Assembly: GCA_965224195.1 (NCBI GenBank)
Contig: OZ245040.1
Span: forward strand, 928,001 to 992,000
DNA: 64,000 nucleotides
Direction: 5' to 3'
DNA from: Nitrosopumilus sp.
Lineage (GTDB): Archaea > Thermoproteota > Nitrososphaeria > Nitrososphaerales > Nitrosopumilaceae
In this document: positions 60,005-64,000 of the stretch, one piece after another
Numbering within the stretch: the stretch's first letter is position 1
Layout: every line of letters starts with the position of its first letter
Made by a program: the position numbers and the translations under genes
Notes under the pieces: model-generated
What the model saw: the letters and a program-made list of their open reading frames with translations, nothing else
The model's database searches: none
Told to the model about the DNA's origin: nothing

Positions 60005-61354
60005 CTAAATGGTGTTTACTGTGATGTTTTCTGCCTTTAGTGATGGAGTAATTGATGGAAGGGATGCCCATTGAATGACATTTTTTGATTATTTCCAATG
60101 GCTGAAATATTTTTCAACATGTTTGGAAGGCTGTGAATTATTCTAACTGATTTCCCTGGCCCTACGATTTCTCCATTCTCAATAATCCTAATTCCACTTC
60201 TTGCAGTACATGAAAAATCTCCTCTGATTGGATTTACTGCATATGTATACCATAATCTTCCTACAAGCAAACCGTGTTTTGTTTCTTTTATTATTTCTTC
60301 TTGGGAAAAATCACCTGAAATTATTTTCAAATTATGGGGAGATGATATTGGAATTGATTCAGAACCTCTTCCCATGGGGGATCCGGGACGTGATGCATTA
60401 CCTGTAGATTCTTTCCCTTCTTTGTAACTATCAAATAAATTTGAAAACGTATTTTTGAAAATACCTTTTTCGATTAGATTTTGTTTCTTTGTCTTGACTC
60501 CTTCGTCGTCTATTGATTTTGTTCCAAGCCCTTCTGGAATATGTGGGTCATCAATTAAATTAAATTCTTCAACTGCAATTTCTTTTTTATAACTATTTGA
60601 AAAACAACTTTTTTTTCTGAAAATGTTTTAAAATTAAAATTGGATGCTACAACAAAAGCCAATAATTCTCCTACTGAGTATGGTTCAAAAATTATAGAAT
60701 ATACATCTGAATTAATTTTTTGTGGATTTATTGATTCTATACACATTGTTTTTGCATCTTTGCCTATTTGCTCTGGAGAAAAATTTGACAATGTTCTACC
60801 ACATGCATGTCCAATTCCTGACACTGGTGTTTCTCCATGCTCTGATTCCGCATTAATAATTCCTGAAATGTATGTGGCTTTATCTGAAAAATCAAGTCCG
60901 TTAGAATTCATCAATTCAAATTTTTCAGATACTATGTGAAGAGATCCTGTAATTGTATTTACTTTATCATTATTTGCTGAATCAATCATACTTTGTGCGA
61001 TATCTGTGCATTCAGAGCCTGAAATGCATTCTAATTTTTCATCAAATGTCCCTTCTAATTGAATGTGGTCTGATTTGTATGGCAATCCTCCCCAAAATTC
61101 CCTCGATTTGATGATGCTCTCAAAGCTTTCAGCATTGTTTGTTCAATTTCTTTTTCATTTGTTGTTTGCATTGATGCAATTTTTTTATCATGAATTAATC
61201 TAATCCCAAAACTTTGATCAAAATTCTGTTTAATTTCAACAATCTCTGAATCTGTAAATCTAACTGTGATGATTTTTTTCTTTACTAATGTAACATCGCA
61301 TTCATCTATCTTTAATTTTTTTGCATTACTTAGTACCTTTTCTAAGGCGTACAA
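60005..61354 (-). pseudogene. PmbA/TldE-family gene broken by three frameshifts
   Basis: Consecutive fragments in different frames; motifs DPH...G...DDEG, GDFS, IIENGEI; breaks near 61105, 60610 and 60083. Confidence 0.8.
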
Positions 61355-61355
61355 A

Positions 61356-62618
61356 TTATTGTTTCCTGGGATTTTTGTAATTGAATTTATTTATTTTAAT
61401 TAATTCAACATATGATCCAAATTGTTTATCCGTAACAGTATCTAGTTTATCTTCTATTTCTTCTCCACCATCGAATTTTTTAAGAATTTCATAATGGGTG
61501 TTTCTTTCAGCAGGAATTCTTCCAATTTCTTTTACCATCCTTCTAATTTCTTTAGGTTTTAGTAACTGACCATATTCTGAACCTGCAGATGTTGAAATGC
61601 TTTCATTGATTAAAGTTCCACCAAAATCATTTGCTCCCCACATGAGTAACAATTGAGACATTTTTTGTCCTTCTTTTACCCATGACATTTGTATATTGTC
61701 AATTGAATTATTCAACATAATTCTTGAAACTGCATGTGTAAGTAAAACGTCATTTCCGCTACCTCCTTGCCTTATTCCTTCATGTAGTCCATGAATGTAC
61801 ATTGGTGCTTCAGTATGAATAAAGTTCAGTGGCACAAATTCTGTAAATCCACCTGTTTCTTTTTGAATCTCTCTTAATTTTACAATATGCTTTACTCTGT
61901 CCTCAAGTGTTTCTACATGTCCAAACATCATAGTTGAGGTTGTGTTAATTCCCATTTTGTGGGCACTTTTGATGACTGTTTCCCAATCCTCTACACTAAT
62001 CCTTCCTGGAGATATTTTGTCTCTTAGTTTTTGATCTAAAATTTCAGCTGATGTACCTGGGAGAGTGTTTACTCCTGCTTCTTTCATTCTTTTCAAAAAT
62101 TCTTCAATTGAAACATTTGAGCGCGTTGCACCATAGAGAATTTCTTCAGGGGAAAATCCGTGAATATGGATATCTGGGATTTCTTTTTTAATGTCTTTGC
62201 AAATTTTTTCATACAAATCCCCCTCCATATCTGGTGGTAGTCCTGCTTGAATGCAAACTTCTGTTGCTCCTAATTGATATGCCTCTTTTGCTCTACGTAC
62301 AATCTCTTCGTTTGGAAGAAAATATCCTTCTTCTTCTCTAAAATCTCTACTAAATGCACAAAAACCACACTGCTTGATACAGACATTTGTAAAATTGATA
62401 TTTCTATTTACCACATATGATACCACGTCTCCTACTTTTCTCTTTCTTAATTCGTCTGCAACAAGCCCAACTAAATGAAATCCAATTCCTTGTGCCTTGA
62501 ATAATTCTAATCCGTCATCTGCAGAAATTTCCTTTTCAGATAATGCATTATTTAGAATTCTTGCTAGTACAGGATCGGCATTTTTGAAAAGTGAATCTAT
62601 GTTAGTAATCATCTCCAA
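61356..62618 (-). CDS. cofH: FO synthase subunit CofH
   Basis: NRNINFTNVCIKQCGFCAF, LPGTSAEILD, IQMSWVK, GANDFGGTL.NESI; follows cofG. Confidence 0.9.
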   Translation of the reverse strand: MEMITNIDSLFKNADPVLARILNNALSEKEISADDGLELFKAQGIGFHLVGLVADELRKRKVGDVVSYVVNRNINFTNVCIKQCGFCAFSRDFREEEGYFLPNEEIVRRAKEAYQLGATEVCIQAGLPPDMEGDLYEKICKDIKKEIPDIHIHGFSPEEILYGATRSNVSIEEFLKRMKEAGVNTLPGTSAEILDQKLRDKISPGRISVEDWETVIKSAHKMGINTTSTMMFGHVETLEDRVKHIVKLREIQKETGGFTEFVPLNFIHTEAPMYIHGLHEGIRQGGSGNDVLLTHAVSRIMLNNSIDNIQMSWVKEGQKMSQLLLMWGANDFGGTLINESISTSAGSEYGQLLKPKEIRRMVKEIGRIPAERNTHYEILKKFDGGEEIEDKLDTVTDKQFGSYVELIKINKFNYKNPRKQ

Positions 62619-63778
62619 TACTCCTCTTTTACGAATCCTTCCTCATCTTCAATCACTGATATCTTATCTCTTAACTCTTTGCTAACAAAAGAAAAGTATT
62701 CTGGATATGTTGGGAATCTACATTTCAAATCAAAGCCTGCTTTCTTTGAATATTCATCTACTTTGCTAATTTCTGGCCAAGAAAATTCCGGATTTACAAA
62801 ATCCGGTGTAAGTGGAGATATTCCGCCCCAATCATTTATTCCAATTTTTAAGAAACCCTGATATGATTTTGGAGATAGGTTTGGAGGAATTTGTATATTC
62901 ATTTGTGGCATGATGATTCTTGATAGTGCTACAACTAGTTTGAAGTATCTTTCATCTGCAGATGGTTTATCTTTCATTCTGGTATCTGGCTTTGGTTGAA
63001 AGTTTTGTAAAATCACTTCTTGAATATTTCCGTGTTTATCATTTAGTTGTTTTATTGCAAACAATGAATCAATTATTTCCTCTATTGTCTCCCCAATTCC
63101 TACTAGAATGCCTGTAGTCATTGGGATGCCTATCTTTCCAGAGTTTTCTAAAATTTCTAATCTTGCTTTTGGTCTTTTGCTTGCTGCTAAATGATGCGGC
63201 ATACCTTTTTCTGTTAATCGATCACTAACATTTTCTAGCATTACACCCATTGATACATTAGTTTTCTTCAATTCTTTCATCTCTTCATAATTTAGATTTC
63301 CAGCATTTGTATGTGGGAACAATCCCATCTCTAATGCAATCTCCGAAGAATGAATTAAATATTCTACAGTAGATTTGAAACCGTTTTCTTTTAACCAATC
63401 TCGAGCTTCTTGATATCTTTGTTCTGGTTGTTCTCCTGTAACAAAAAGTGCTTCAACACATTTGTATTTTTTTGCAAGTGTAAGCAATTCAATAATCTGT
63501 TGTTTTGACATCAACGAAAGTTTTGTCTCGCCAAGTTCAGATTTGTAAGTACAGTATGAACAAGTATCTTTACATAGATTCACAATATTGAAAAATGCTT
63601 TTTTAGAAAATGTTACAGAATCTTTTTTGAATTTTTTTCTTAAATTTTGTGAGACTTGAAACAGGTCATCTGGGTTTTTTGTTGCTCTTTGATATATCTC
63701 AATAATATCTTGACGAGAAACTGATTTGTTCTCTAAAATGTTGTTTAAACTCTCTGAATCAAAGACAAGATTGTTCAA
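62609..63778 (-). CDS. cofG: FO synthase subunit CofG
   Basis: CKDTCSYC, PHTNAG, SMGVMLE, QEVILQNF, IQIPPNL, DWGGISP. Confidence 0.92.
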   Translation of the reverse strand: MNNLVFDSESLNNILENKSVSRQDIIEIYQRATKNPDDLFQVSQNLRKKFKKDSVTFSKKAFFNIVNLCKDTCSYCTYKSELGETKLSLMSKQQIIELLTLAKKYKCVEALFVTGEQPEQRYQEARDWLKENGFKSTVEYLIHSSEIALEMGLFPHTNAGNLNYEEMKELKKTNVSMGVMLENVSDRLTEKGMPHHLAASKRPKARLEILENSGKIGIPMTTGILVGIGETIEEIIDSLFAIKQLNDKHGNIQEVILQNFQPKPDTRMKDKPSADERYFKLVVALSRIIMPQMNIQIPPNLSPKSYQGFLKIGINDWGGISPLTPDFVNPEFSWPEISKVDEYSKKAGFDLKCRFPTYPEYFSFVSKELRDKISVIEDEEGFVKEEYWR

Positions 63779-63820
63779 TAGAAGAATTTCTTGTTAGCAA
63801 GTATTTATGCTTGTATTGAT

Positions 63821-64000
63821 TTAATTTCCATTTGGTCTTGCATCTAGTGTAATTGTGACATTTGTAGTCCTTCCATCCCTTAGGATTTCTAAAATCATTT
63901 CATCACCTACTGACTTTGCTCTTTGTAAATGAACTAAGATATCGTCAATTTTTCTAACCTCTTTTCCATCTACTGCTAAAATAATATCTCCACCCATTGG
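63821..64000 (-). CDS. C-terminal PDZ domain of an HtrA/DegP-like protease (partial)
   Basis: GGDIILAVDGKEVRKIDD...VGDEMILEILRDG. Confidence 0.8.
   Translation of the reverse strand, partial: PMGGDIILAVDGKEVRKIDDILVHLQRAKSVGDEMILEILRDGRTTNVTITLDARPNGN

Overview
AT-rich archaeal chromosome segment. Gene content indicates a Nitrosopumilus-like ammonia-oxidising archaeon (Nitrososphaerota): archaeal shikimate superoperon, futalosine-pathway mqnC and ubiD-like genes, cofG/cofH, class I lysS, Elp3, PAC2. A ~14 kb type I-B CRISPR-Cas island sits between thiD and thiC. It has cas6-cas8b-cas7-cas5-cas3 on the minus strand, an array of 69 repeats and 68 spacers (hand count), and a divergent, visibly GC-richer cas4-cas1-cas2 module. 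Most notable observations: (1) a 173-bp MITE with 18-bp TIRs and a 5-bp ATCCT target duplication inserted inside the terminal CRISPR repeat, next to the cas6 promoter; (2) one spacer that mimics the array's own repeat; (3) two in-register spacers hitting variant copies of the same CxxC zinc-finger gene; (4) a Cas5 with a ~70-aa insertion; (5) tandem disordered proteins carrying a repeated GTLPKG motif and a 493-bp near-identical segment; (6) several recent pseudogenes and uncalled microproteins, suggesting early genome erosion. All calls come from reading motifs by eye; no database searches were run.
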